Source of the DNA: the human T2T-CHM13v2.0 reference genome, Homo sapiens
DNA: 64,000 nt
Strand: one strand, 5' to 3'
Assembly (NCBI RefSeq): GCF_009914755.1
Contig: NC_060942.1
Numbering within the stretch: the first letter of the stretch is position 1; every line of letters starts with the position of its first letter. Below, in pieces: positions 1-14,826 of this stretch. A model generated the notes under the pieces. It made no database searches and had not been told where the DNA came from. It saw nothing but the letters and a program-made list of their open reading frames with translations. The position numbers and the translations under genes are program-made.

Positions 1-1279
1 GATTACTTTCTGTATTAACAAAAAACTTGATTATTTTCTTCCCAGAATTGCCTCTCACGGGCCGCATAGTTATTTCTAGGCAAGGTGTGCTTGAGTCTAT
101 CAGAAGCCACTTGAGTGTTCTCAAGGTGCATATGCCTGTGCTTCCTTTGTTACTACAATAATTTTTACTTCTTCACCTTCTTTTAAAACTCAGGTCAGAA
201 CCCTCTCAAGTTACCATCACTTGGAAAGTTTTCTTGAATTAGCATTAACCCTGGTGCCCTTAAAAAGTCATGTTTTGAGTTTTTTTACAATATGTTCTCA
301 AGTTATTTTCTTCTGACTTCCTCTTGCCTCCTGCCTTTGACATATGCCTCCATTCTGTCGCTAATCATAGTACTTCCTCGTTTTAATTTTCCAAACTCCT
401 TCTCCCCCAGTGTATACAGAAAAGGGCCTGCATCTGTGCTCCTACTCAAACCATTTCAGTGTTAAAGTCTCTCAGTTTGAGAAGGAGTCAAATGAGGACT
501 CAGAAGTCTGTCCGTTTGAGGAGAACTAAAGGTAGAGTTCTGGCTCAAACATAGGTTTCAGAGAGCAGACACTGCCTGTGGGCTCTACTTGGTCACCCAA
601 GTCAGTGAGACATTGATTCTCCTAAAAAGCGGTCTTTTGGAAGAAAATGTCTTCTGTAGAATAGACAACATGCAAGCCTGACTCTGATAAAAATGAGCAG
701 TTGTACTGTAATCTGTGAGAACACCATTTTCCTCAAAATAATTATCTTGAATTGATAACAAGCATCTCAGATTTCTTTTTTCCTTATCCATGCTTTATGA
801 CTCAGCCCATAAGAGAAAATAAACATGTCCCATAGGTCACAGATTCTATAGTAGTAAGGCTGTTAAGTAGAAGCATCATAATATCTGTGAGGCTGGGTAG
901 ATTTAAAACAATTGCATTAATTTATATTGTTTTTTTTTGTTTGTTTTTAGAATACTATGCATTGCCTAATCTCCATATTCAAATTCAAATAGTACCTACT
1001 GACTCCCAACTCCTGAGGCAGATATTGTCTATTTTTTATGTCCATACAATAGCTCAATGACATAGAAATTATCATCAATTTGCGGGTTAGGACAGGAAAG
1101 CTTAAAAAGGTTAAATGGAATTGCGGCCACACAGTTATTAAATGATTCCTTTTCTTCATATGTAGATACTATTCTTTTTACTGTGCTATTTTGCTTTATT
1201 TTAGGTATCCATTTTCAATTGGAGAAAAGCTCCAAGTGTGTAATTACAGTGGATATAAAAAAGGAATTCAAATTAGTAA

Positions 1280-1432
<153 letters not shown>

Positions 1433-1994
1433 TAGCTGCCATTTATTCTTTGTCCTTCAGTTCTGCATACTTAAGGTAATGTGTGTTTTGCTGATCAAGT
1501 AAACAATAACCTAGCAATCAGAAAGCAGAATCTTCCTGAATTCAATCCCATCCATGATATTCAGTTCAATAATTTTAATCTGTGATAAAAAAAAAAACTA
1601 GGAGAGGCTTGACTGAGAACTTTGATGTAAAATAGAAGAAGGAATATGCACCCACTGAAAATATGTAAAAATTTGTATTAACATTTTGTGTGTCTATTTA
1701 TGATTTATAGTAGTAAATCTGTTGGGTTCATAAATGCATTGCATATTTAAAAAATAACATCTATGTTTTTTGTGCTTATCTGATAGTATAAAAATAAATG
1801 ATAATTTATTTCTTGTTACTGAGATACATTAAGTTACAAATAAGAAAAATAGTGTTGCTTACTTATATCTGGAATATTCATTTATGAGTGTTGTTTGGTG
1901 CTGAATGGCAGTTAAAGTTGCCATATTATTCTGCCGTCACAGAGGCAGTACGGGCCTTTGTGGCCTTGCACTGAGATGGTGCAGGGATAGACAC

Positions 1995-2205
1995 AAGGTT
2001 GGGCTCTGGGCACGGACATGCCCTGGTTTGAATTCTTGCTACTCACCTGCTGTCTCTAGCAAGCCACTTCTCCTCTCTGAATCTTAAATTCATTATCTAG
2101 AAAATGTGGGAAATAATAGTATCTTGCTCCTGGGATTGATCCGAGAATTAGCTGAGGTAATAGGATGAAAGCACATGGTAGAGTGAGTGGCTCATAGAAA
2201 TAATA
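1995..2205 (+). mobile_element. MIR SINE, degenerate
   Basis: cctggtttgaattcttgc...caagccacttctcctctctgaatc...aaaatgtgggaaataatagta resembles the MIR core; boundaries approximate. Confidence 0.65.
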
Positions 2206-3754
2206 GTGACTTCTGTCATACTGGCAAATGCTAAATTGTGCAGAGAAGAAAAGGAGGAGATGTTATGGTTAGATGGAGCCATCGTATGATGATAACACAA
2301 AGAGTGTCAGTAAATGGAAGGTTCACGTATTTAATTCTGAATTCATAGTTTCCCCTTGTTTAAGTGCTTTCCTCTGATACAATCATCTATTTTGATCCTT
2401 CTATAACAATTCCCCCTTCAGCCACCCATTGATGACCTTTACCAGATCCAGGATTAGAGGTATCATTCTAGCGATATATTTATCACAAGGAAAAGAAAAA
2501 TTATGTTTTCTAAAATAGAGTTTTTTTAAGTTCCACCAACCACTGAAGCTTCTTAATATGCACATCCAAACTTCTAGACTTAGACATCTCTACCTATCTT
2601 CTCCTGTACCTCAGACAAGAAAACATAGGAAAGAAACCTAACATGGTTATGCTGAATTATGTTACCTTCCTATTTCATATTATTGACATTGCAGCATTTA
2701 TATTGAAGGTAGTAACAGTATTTCACCCTGCATAGGTCAAGTATCCTTTGGAAAGCTTGCCACTTACTGCATTTGAAATGTTTTAGATGCCAGAGAACAA
2801 AATTGAAATTGGTGTTGAGATCCCTTTTTAATTGATGAAATAAAAAACAGCTGTAGGTAGCAAAGCCTGGGCTACTCATTCAGACAGCAAATAAGATGCA
2901 GGTAATAAAATACTAACCAGAATAGAACAAAAGATACAAAAATGGACACTTGTGGCTGTGGCATTTAAGAAACATAAATGGGATCATAAATGAAACTCAT
3001 ACTTCTGAGGTTCAGTGACTTGGAAAATGTGCACACCATGAAATCTTCCTGTATATGAATGGAAATATAAAGGTACAACTCTCTGTATTGTTCTATATCA
3101 TTAATTTGTACTTTCATCATTTTGGTTTTGTATTATTTGAACATTTTTTACGATTACTAAAACATTACAAAATTTTAAGTGATTTTTTTGTTTTTGTGTT
3201 TTTTGTGGAGCATATATTCATGGGAACTGCCACTGCTTGCTTAGAGTCTAAGCTTTGTTTTAAGAATCATGTCCTGAAAGCTTCTTAATGTCCTGAAAGA
3301 GTTATTAATTCATTTCTTAAAACTTCTGTTTTCTAACCTATAGCAAATAAGTAACCAGGAGAATATGGCTCAATATGTAGCAAATATGCTAATATTTGAT
3401 TAATAATCAAATTCAGATTGGAAATATATTTAGAAGAAAAGCTATTCTTGCAGAATTTTGCCCAGATTCCATGTAATTGCTGAATTTCTTAAGACAGCAT
3501 TGCAAAAATTGACTGAACATGCAGCATTTTAAACTGTAGCAACCTCAGCAAATCTACAGCTTTCTTTTCTTTTGGATAGCTGAATGGCTATGACCATGTA
3601 GAATTTTTGTAAGTGTATTAAATACATATATATATATTTCCATATACATATGATGTGTGTTTGTGAATATATGTTTCTTGTGTATGTATACATGCACAAT
3701 CATAATCATATGAACCTAGGGCCAGCAGAATGATCTTAAAAATAATTACATTAG

Positions 3755-3990
3755 CTGATAATTAGCTGTTATGGTTTCTAGACACTGTACTCTCCATTTT
3801 ACGTGGGATATATTATTTAATTCTCATGCAAATGCTTTGAAGTATGTACTTATATCCCCATTTTTCAAAGGAAAAAACTAAGACCCAAGTCAGGTAACTT
3901 GCCCAAGATCACCCAGCAAGTAAATCTTAGAGATGATGTTTGAATCCAGAACCGTAGTTTCAGATTCTGCCCTCTTCACAAATACTGCCT
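3755..3990 (-). mobile_element. MIR SINE
   Basis: ccccatttttcaaaggaaaaaactaagac...ggtaacttgcccaagatcacccagc...tttgaatccag is the antisense MIR core. Confidence 0.8.
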
Positions 3991-6900
3991 TTCAGCATGT
4001 GCTATGTAATAGTATAGACGAATTTTTGATGCTATCCAAGAAAATCTACATACTTGAGTTGTTATATAGCATATGGAAAGCAATACAGCATAGTTATTAA
4101 AAATAGCATTTCTGAACACAGGCTGCTTATGTTCAGTACCAGCCCATACTGATAACACACACTCAAATATATGTCATTGTTATTTTATTAGAAATATGTT
4201 GTGATTCAGTAGGACTTTAGTAGTCTATACATTAACCAGCGTAGACTCTTAGAAATAAGTAGATTTAAAAAATTCCTAAAACCAAATAGCTTTATAATCA
4301 TAAGTGGAGTAAAAAAAATAATTTACAACAAACTGTCTTACAAAATATGCCAGGCATAATTTCTCAAGTCTGAAGGCCTGTACTTTCTACCCCTGCCTAA
4401 AGCATGTTGCTACAGAGAGGGCTACATGTTTACAGGGCTCTTTGATGTCATAGCACTGTTGATTGCAGTGTAATTGTAAGCTGGACAATCTGGAAGCTAT
4501 AATGTCCCTTGACGATTGACATGGAATATTTTTATTGCTCCCAAATATTTGAGTCCCTTTTACTTTCTAATCCTCAAAACGTTAGTTAACATCATATGTT
4601 GGGCATAATTGCATGAATAACATATTGTTATTTCAGTAGTTGTCTTTTTTTTCTGCATAAGCATATTCAGAAGCCTCTGGAGAGCAGCAGATTGCTGATT
4701 ATTACCTTGTTCCCTGTCTTCTTTCTGCCTGGGTATTTTAGTTATGATCCTAAAAAGTGTAAAAAGATTAGATTTTGAATTTTAAAATATAATTCAGAAA
4801 GATTAAATTTTGGAAATTTTAAACCGGCACAAGATAATTAAAGGTTAAAGAAGGATGAGTTGTGTTACAGCAAGTGACATGGTAGTGAACATAACCTTTC
4901 TATGTTGTTTGTGTTGGTTTATTTGACTTCCTTCATTATTTAGGGTGGTAGAGTTTATTCATAAAGTTGCAGATGCATTTTCTTTTTGATATTGCAAAGC
5001 AGATCTATTCTTGGTATTTTGCTTTAGCTTTATATGTTTGACCAATACTGTGAAATTCCAAAGGTTATATTGCATGATAGTAGTTTCTGAACATGGGCAT
5101 TGACATTTATCACACTAGCGGCAATGCAAGTTGTTGGTGCCTGAAACAGCCCGCTGTTTTCTATGTGTATTTCTAATCATTTGACTTTTAGCATTCACAG
5201 CATGTGATATTTTCAGATTTTCAGTGGAAGAGTTACTGCATTCGATGCATTCTTAAGCTACATTGCTTGTGTTTTTTTGTTGTTAAAATAAAGCAGGCAT
5301 TACTTGCTTAAAATTCCAAGTTAACACAAAAGCCTCTGATTTGAAGTTTTATTTTATTTTTTCCATTAGGATAGGAATGAAACCAATCCATATTTTTAGA
5401 ACTATCTAACAGGCTTTCTGTCTGAAAAATCAAATGTTTATTTAAAGGTTTTTTTTTTCTCTTTTTGGAAGAAAGTATTGCAATATGTCACTGGAGAAAA
5501 GCATGCACAGTCAGCATCTTTTGATTTCTTTCCTTGCACTTAGAGCCAGAATTGAATTGATGTGAGTGTGATATGATCTTTACTTTTCCTAGACTGCGTT
5601 AGCTATGTTGTGTGTGTTTCCTTTGAAAAGTGCATTTATTTCTAGGGTTAAGCTTGTAAATTTCTTTCATATTGAATAATACCTGGAAGCATTAAAGTTG
5701 AAATCCAATTATACTCCTTCTCATAACACCATCGATATTGAAATTGTACTCTGTGTGGTTTGGACAGTGGAACATTATACATATGACCGGCTTGAAGGTA
5801 CATTCCTTCATAGTAGACTGCATTTACAGTCACCATCTGCTTGTTTATTTTGATTCTGATATTGCTTCTTTCTGGATTTGAAATGACAGAATTTAAAGTT
5901 GTTCTACAAGATAGTCCATTAGCATTCCACAGTACAGCTAAGGCTTGAGACAGTTGGAGGTGTCTCATTTATATCCCCCCCTGAAATGAATCTAGACTAA
6001 AATAGACTGATTATGTAATATCTGTCAAAATAAATCACATTATAGACAAACCAACAGGGCCACCACTAGCTAATTAAGACTTTGATGTGTAATAGAAAAA
6101 GCTGCCCCTTCCAAGTTGTCACAACAAAATATAACATCCCCTCTTTTAGGGTACCCCTGTGCAGGACACAGCATCCATGACTATCTAGAGTGATCTTCTT
6201 AATCCTATTTTCTTAATCTATTCCATGAATTTATAATATCCAGGCTGTGAGATACCCAAATATAGATAATCACAAGTTAATTTGCAGATGATTTCTATTA
6301 TATATGTAGCATAAAGTAAAATAGGAATTTTCTTGTTTTCTTAGAATTTCAGCAAAAGCTCAAAGCTGCAGACAGTATGATACCAGTAACCCTGTTTGGA
6401 AGAGAGGTGTTAGACATAGCCTCACAGGACTAAGAGAAGGCCAGATGGTCGATTGAACAACCCCCAACAGATGTAAAAAAAAATAACTCAAGATTTGGGG
6501 TGTGTGTGTTCCAAACCTTGTATTTTGAAGGATTATGAGATTTGTTAAATCAGAGGGCTGACCATAATGGCTAGGCTACACGTCGTACAGTGGGACAAGG
6601 ATGCTGACTGTGCTTGTGGCCTGAGCAGGTGCTGAACAGCTAGTCAAGCATGGGGAATTTGTAAAGACCTTGCCTAGGAAAGCTGCCTACTTAGGTGAGA
6701 GGAGCCCTGTATATAGAGCCTGCACTGAGGGGAAGTGCGGAGGTCAGCTAGAGAGAGCGTGGTTTATGTCAGTGTTGAATGTAGTTTCAGAGGCCTCCCA
6801 GCAAAAGCCTCTTATGTATCCACTAATGCAGGCCATAAAAATCTAGCAGTTGGCCTTCTGCCTCCCAGAAGGTTATGATGTCATGGCTATGACAACACTG

Positions 6901-7329
6901 GTTAAGATAACTTTGCTCTAGTCTTCTCACTCCTATTCTGAATCCTAATCCTGGGGATCTCAGAAAAAAAGAAAGAGGAAACAAAGGAATAACAAAATCA
7001 GGAAACCCTTTCCCAGTGAAATTTCTGATTTGAGACCTAGGCATGGTCTGGGGAGGCTAGAAGGGAAGCTTTATATTTGACCTCATGTTTTTAATCCTGA
7101 ATATAAGTCCTCGAATCTAATTTATAAAGCCTTGGCAACCATTTTGGAGTTCTTTGCTTTCTCTGTAAACTCCCTACTCCTTTTTTCCATCTACTCCGTT
7201 CTTTTTTTGTTTTTTGTTTTTTAATTTCTGGAATAATGAAAAGTTATCCCTGCTAGTGGATGTGATACTATTTTTTTACTTATTGGAGACTCCACAATTT
7301 TCACGCAACCACTTTCTTCTTGTCATTTA

Positions 7330-7605
7330 TGTCTCACTTCCTTTGTTGCCTCCAGAGAGGCCGTATCTGACATCCCACTCTAAATTGGTTCTCCCCGCCC
7401 AAGTTACCCTACTTCATCTTTCTGGCATAATTTTCTTAGCACTTATATGTGAGTGAAACACTTATATTATTTCATGTATTTCCTTGTCAATCCTTCACTA
7501 AAATGTGGAATAATTAAAACTACTGTCCCTATTCACCATTATAAATCAGCAGCACTTATGCTACCATAGAACTGAATAAGGTCTCAAAAATGCATTGGTT
7601 GCAGA
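7330..7605 (+). mobile_element. L2 LINE 3' end fragment
   Basis: ctccagagaggccgtatctgac...ttttcttagcacttat...ttcaccattata resembles the L2a 3' end. Confidence 0.55.
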
Positions 7606-7856
7606 AAGGATAAGTTATATAAATAACAAAAAATGATATTTGTTGAGTATTTACTATGTAAGGTAAACTCTGCTAACCACTGTTGTGCAGATTTTCTGTT
7701 TAAAGCATCTTGCCTGCACTACTACCTCTGTTTTGTAGGACATTGACCCAAGTCATTTACCCAGCAGCTAGTTAGTTAAATCTTTCTCTACAACTCCTTA
7801 ACCACTGCATCACACTGCCAATTTTTCAGAAAATTCTGAAATTCTATAAAATTCTT

Positions 7857-8133
7857 CTGTAATCCAAGTACTTTGGGAGGCTGAGGCAGGGAGATCACTT
7901 GAGGTCAGGAGTTCAAGACTTGTCTGACCAACATAGTGAAACCCTGTCTCTACTAAAAACAAAAAAATATTAGCCAGGGGTGGTGGTGCACACCTGTTAT
8001 CCTAGCTACTTAGGAGGATGAGGTGGGAGGATTGCTTGAACCCAGGAGGCGGAGCTTGCAGTGAGCCGAGATTGCACCACTGCACTCCAGCCTGGGCATC
8101 AGAGCGAGACTCCATCTCAAAAAAAAAAAAAAA
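7857..8133 (+). mobile_element. Alu (older S/J-like), ~20 nt 5'-truncated
   Basis: ctgtaatccaagtactttgggaggctgagg...gagactccatctc plus A15 tail; dimeric structure. Confidence 0.95.
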
Positions 8134-8585
8134 TAGGAAAAAAAATCTTTTTATATAGTAGGCATTTAGTTTTGTTTGCCTACAGACACATAATGTGTGT
8201 CAGTGCTTTTAAAAATATTGTACTAAGAAATAGTCAGGTTGTCTGATCAGGAGACATATATTCAAAAAACATCATACAAACAGGCTCAATATTGGTCACC
8301 TTCCTTTATCCTTGCCTTGACTATACCTTGTCTTTTTAAAATTAAAAATTGCTGTGGGTTTTTATTCTTATATCATTTTTATTATGGTTTTCTTCTGTCT
8401 GATTACTAATTTTTCTATAGCAGAGTCCTCTCAGCTCTAGAAATTGAGGTCAAAATTTTCGTTGCTTTAATTATTATTTACCACAAATGCTCTAAAAAGA
8501 CATGCCAGCTTTGACTTTATGATTCCAGCTTCTAATTAGTTCATCTTTTTTTCCCTAAATATTTTCTAAAATAAACTCTAACCAA

Positions 8586-8612
8586 ACACACACACACACA
8601 CCACACACACAC
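8586..8612. repeat. (CA)n microsatellite with one interruption
   Basis: acacacacacacacaccacacacacac. Confidence 0.9.
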
Positions 8613-10364
8613 AAACTATTTTTAAAATGTCTAATTTTTTTTTCCATGAGAAGTAGTTTAAATATATGCTATAAAGACTCCTAAAAATTGATCACTCTTT
8701 ATGCAGGTTTAATTGTTTTGTGAAGTCTTACATAATGGGCAAAGATGGACTTAATTGTAATTTAAATTGCTATGCTATGTTGCTGTATTCTGTTTTATTA
8801 TTGATTGATAGGTTAATTTCTATAAAGTACTTTGAATTCTTATACAATGCTAGACAGATTGATTCAATTATGTGCAAAATTTATGTGCAATTATGTATAC
8901 ATCTTGAAGAAAGAGTAAATGTCTTAAATATTTTATAACACATATGTCCTCATTAAATATATTAATAACAGCAGGCTAAAGGTGAGAAGGATGGCATCTT
9001 ATTAATCTTTGTATTTTTTGCCCCTCTCCCATATATAGTACCTGGGTACTTTATGAAAACTTAATAAATGTAAGAATCAAAGAAAATATGTCTTATGTTA
9101 TCATTAGCAACCATATCATTTGTAATGGATTTCCCAAGCCTTTACTTTCTCATCAGGCTTTAAATCTTATCTGAATAAGTTGTCTGCATAATTTAAATGC
9201 TTTCTCTCATTTAAATGGTATTTAATTTTCACTTCTATAATTATTTGATTGCTAAATCTTATGGTTGACAAGTTGGACATCAGCTAATACCCTTTGCAAA
9301 TAAAAGGACATCGTTTTTTGATAGCAAGGGGAAATACAGTCAAGGCAGTCTTTCAGGAGATTCTGACAACTCTCAGTCGAAGAACATTAATCAAGTAACT
9401 GGGATGTTGTAAAATTGGTAGAAATTACACAGAAACTAGGAATAAAAAGGATTGAGGCAGTATGAAGCCAGCCTTTTAACCTTTTGAGGAGTTTTAGCAT
9501 TCCTGTGGCTGTGAATTTAATGGCTCTTCAGTTTCGTGTGCTTAAGACCCTTTTTATTACAGGTAATTTTCTGTATAAAGTGATCAGCTAGATAAGCTGT
9601 ATTTCAAAACTTTTAAATGTCTTTTATTACATTATCATCACCGTGGTCGATTCATTTATGAAACACAAAGTGCTCCCATTTGGACAGATTTATTCTTATA
9701 TTCATTTTTTTCCTGGATTTGCTAGAATCTGTCATGTTCGTGTTCTGAAGGTTAATGCCCAAAGTCAAGCAGACAGAAGCCAAGTGCTGCAAGGTTTCCA
9801 AGATTAGGACTGATTCCCTTCACAGAAATAAATGATTCCTGCCATGTTGAGTGATTTTGTGCAGTGCTCCCCATGGCTGAGTGAGTGCATCAATACTGTA
9901 GTCCTTACATGCTGTACATACTGATGACACTCAGTGTTAACTTGATTGACTGAGCGGTACGCTGGAGAGGACGCACCTGCGAGAGAAGTGCAGACACATA
10001 TATTTTTATCCTGGTTTCGAAACATTTATTTTACATTCATTTGACTTGGGAGTCATAGTTTCAAATTCCATGGACTCTCAAGCCACAGTGCTAAGGTAGA
10101 AGAAACCATTAAGTGCTGCTTTGTTGTTAGAATTATACCGAAAATGGTCTCGGGCTTATACCCTTTGCCAAAGCCTGATTTTATGCTTTTGAGGGAAAAT
10201 GACATGAAGGTAACTATTAAGAATCCTGAGAAATTAGGGGCTCTGTGGAATTTAAGTCTCTTAAGAGGTTCTATGTAATGATGGACAAATGAGTCACTTA
10301 ATTCAATTATGAGAAATTATTTTGGCTATATTTTTATGTTATATCTTTTTATTATGTTTTGTAG

Positions 10365-10589
<225 letters not shown>

Positions 10590-11422
10590 TGAGGTTTGGT
10601 TTAATTTCTTTATACCTTTGACTCAGTGATTCAAAAATATAGACTATTTCCAGTTCAGAAAAGAAAAAGGTACCAGCTTGCTTGCCTCATCATCAGCAAA
10701 TGTCTTCATTTGCTAATGACAGTAGGTGTAAGAAAATGTGTAGGCGAATTTTGTTGTTGTTGTTGCTTTGGCTTTTGTTTGAATGTTGAACTTTAAGGGT
10801 GGACCACATGCTGATATATAATACCATCAAAAGCAGTTCTCTGTGAGTGTGAATTTGTTTTTCAGTCCTGTGCTGCAAAGTCAGAAATCCTTTTATTAGT
10901 TTTTGTGTTCTGGCAGCATTCTTCTCACCCCAGTGCAGCCCTGACCTTTTCTTCTAATTTACCTTGTGTCACTTTATCGGCTATGTACTATTCTATTTAT
11001 TGTAGATTAACGTTTGTATTTTCTGTTCATACTTCAACATAAAGCTATTTATAAAGGTATAATCTCTCCCTCTCTTCAAGATTCCTTTCTTTTTCATCTT
11101 TCCGTGTCTGTCTTGTGTTGTCTCAGAATGGCATAGTATTGTTCAAGCTTATTCGTGTATTTTACAAAAGACCTGACTCTATTTCTTTTAAAAGCTATCA
11201 GATCAATGAACGTAGTTTTGACTCCACTATTAGGCCATCTGTTCTTGCTTTTTGTTCTGTTTGATTGATTTATTGGGCTTCTCTTTTTATATCCAGTAGG
11301 GGAATCAGATTGTGGCCAAAGGTAGTGTATTAACTCTAGAAAAGGAGATTATATCTACAGTTCCTCAAACAATTTTAGATTTTTCTTTTCAAGGACAGCT
11401 AGAGAAGATAATGACATAATAA

Positions 11423-11614
<192 letters not shown>

Positions 11615-13065
11615 TAAATTATCTAAAATTTTCAGAACATTTTTTAATGATTAAACAAGGAAATTAAAATTTCCCTCCATTTATCAAAACCAAAAAGAAT
11701 GCTAAATAAGGAAACATTCTAGTTACAACTGAATGGTCTTAAGCCTATTACTAAATTTGTGAATGATAATATTGGATGAAGCAGAGGGTAAAAATGAGAC
11801 TTAAAATGATACATGTAAAATAATTATCTGCCGGGTCATGATACTATCTAATGTGCAGTGTTTTGTCTGTGCAACTAGGTTTCACTTTATTGGAATATGC
11901 TGTCTTGGAAGAAAAAAATGCAGTCTTTATAAAGGGTTCACTGAACTGGAGAGTACATTGTCAGTGGGGTCTGCTGCAGTAAAATTGCTCTTCCTTGCTT
12001 TTTGTCTATGCTTCTTAAAATATTTAGTAGTGCCTGTCTGAAAAAATGTAAAATTGCTGAGAAATGTTGGAGACACAGGCCACGGGTCTTTCAAATCAGC
12101 ACCAGGTTTTCTTCAACATACTTCTTTCCTGATAACTTTTCATCAGGAACCCCCAACAGCATTCAGGGAGAAAAGAGCATGAGAATTAGAAAGACAAAAA
12201 TAAACATATCCTGGTTTGAACATTAGAATTCTCAACTGCCACTGGCTTGTTGCTGCACCTAGATCCTGATGGCTTCATTTCTCTGAGTTGTTTTAGCTGT
12301 GAATAGGATCATGATAATAACCTGGATCGTTATAATATTTTGTAAAATGTTTGGCAGAAACTGCAAATTTATTGACGTGAACTTTATTACCTGTTCTGCC
12401 ACTTACTTTCTTGGCAACTTGAGATAATTCTTATTTGCAGAGTGTATTTGTTTATAAAATTCAAGATTTTATCTGATTTTTTTTTAGTAAAGTTTTGTCA
12501 GTTGCTACTATATGACAGACATTTTGCTAAATCTTGGGACATACTTCTAATAAAAAGACTTTAAATAGGATTTATTTATATTTAAATAAGAGACCTTTAG
12601 GAAAGCAGAATCTCTTTTTTATTTAAAGTCTTTAAATATAGCATACTTCTTTGTTTTGCATTATTTTAAGGCCAAATAATTTTAGTTATTCTCTATCCCA
12701 AAATGTATGTTTGTGTATAACCATACTTACCTGTACATGGACATATTCTTTCCTAATACTCTGGGTGTTGTAAGTATTTTAATATAAGTTACTTCTGAAG
12801 TAGAAAACTATAGTGGGAGAATGATAGATAAAGAATATACTAAAAATCCAAAACAGTACCACATTATCATACACTAAGGGATTTAAACATCTGCGGCCTT
12901 TAGTTAAAAACAGCTACCAACCTCTGTAAAGTTAGTGCCATGTAATGAGTGTACAAAAATTTAAGGCACAGGGGCATCCCCATTTATTTCCTTAGTAACT
13001 TCAGGAGCGAAAGTTACTAAGGTATACCCTTATCAGTATCCTCTCAGGGGCTGAGATCTTCAGTA

Positions 13066-13352
13066 TTTTTTTTTTTTTTTTGAGACAGGGTTTCGCTCTT
13101 GTTGCCTGGGCTGGAGTACAGTGGTGCCATCTCAGCTCACTGCAACCTCTGCCCCCAGGTTCAAGTGATTCTCCTGCCTCAGCCTCCTGAGTAGCTGAGG
13201 CACTGCCACCATGCCCAGCTAATTTTTGTATTTTTAGTAGAGACAGGGTTTTACCATGTTGGCCAGGCTGGTCTCAAACTCCTGACCTCAGGTGATCCGC
13301 CTGCCTTTGCCTCCCAAAGTGCTGGGATTGCAGTGGGCCACCATGCCTGGCC
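13066..13352 (-). mobile_element. AluS (Sq/Sp-like), antisense
   Basis: T16 then gagacagggtttcgctcttgttgcc (aacaagagcgaaa diagnostic), ending ccatgcctggcc. Confidence 0.95.
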
Positions 13353-13754
13353 CAGGATTTCTTGTATTCTGATTTTTGTACCTTGAAGTCCATGCTCAAT
13401 GAATTAGAGAATCAGAATTTGTTTTAATACTGAAAGTCAACTGAAAGATATAAAGACTGATATACAAGCCTGCTTTTAGGAAATCCTGCATGCCACTAAA
13501 TACCTTATGTGTTAAATATCGTGTTGCTGAAGTATTTCCGCTGACTTGTTAGCAAATTAAAAGATAATGAAAGAGCGCCCCCAATCTTTCAAACCTGCTT
13601 TGTTCTAGACTACAAAGTAATGGAGATAATGAAACTACTTTAATGGAGGAATGGAGAAGTGAAGTCACATTCACTGGCCATATATAATGGAATGGTCTAG
13701 GTATTTTGACATAAGTTATGTCTTTTAATTTTACTTCAATTTTGTACAGTAGAA

Positions 13755-13870
13755 TGACGTCTGTTTTACAGCTGAAGGAGCTGAGATCCTGAAGGGTTAA
13801 GGAGGTTACATGAAGATGACACAGCTAAGTGATACAAACCAAGGCATATCTAACTCCAAAGTCTAAGCCA
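13755..13870 (-). mobile_element. MIR fragment
   Basis: gttttacagctgaaggagctgagat...gggttaag...gacacagctaagtg. Confidence 0.6.
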
Positions 13871-14312
13871 TTCATTTTGGATAGAATCTGAATGTCAAAT
13901 CATCTAACCTATATTTTAGACCTGTAGGTGCCACTGAGGGAAATACAAGAAATGACATGGTGAGACTACCATAGGTGTTAAAGTGCAGGTCTAACTACAC
14001 ATGGAAGGAGAGCTAGCAATTGTAAGATTTCTCACCCTATCCTGTATCAAACACAAGGAGGAAGAAGGTGAGATTTAAAATAAGCCAGTTGAAGTACAAT
14101 TCTGTCAAAAATAAACTGCAAGTGTTTACTGGGTAGGAACTGTGACTGGCTGACTAACCTATCAAGCAGCTGAATGGAATGGCTTATTTTGTGCAAATGA
14201 AGTCAGTAGTACTTTCAAAGTTTCCAATATATGCCCAGCAGTAGAAAATGAAAAAACATGGAATGAAAGGATGGGCCTTAAATGTAACCATCTCCAGAAA
14301 GTAACCCATGTC

Positions 14313-14607
<295 letters not shown>

Positions 14608-14704
14608 ACCCATGTCTTTTTTAGACAATGATGTTTTTAATGCCCTATTAGAATCAGACTGATATTTAATACTCTGTAAGGGTTATTTACGTACATTCTG
14701 CTCT

Positions 14705-14826
14705 TTGCCATTAAGTTGTTAACTCCTTGGAACAGTGGCCTTTCTGTCTACATCTGTAGTCCTTACTACAAACATCATAGCCCTTCTGTTTAGTAGGTTC
14801 TCAATGAGTTTGGAATGAATGACTGA
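14705..14826 (+). mobile_element. L2 3' tail fragment
   Basis: aactccttggaacagtggcc...tagtaggttctcaatgagtttggaatgaatga. Confidence 0.55.

Noticed and set aside
6370-6900. More GC-rich, LTR-like stretch in intron 5
   Set aside because: I could not assign a family or termini from sequence alone; needs a Dfam search.
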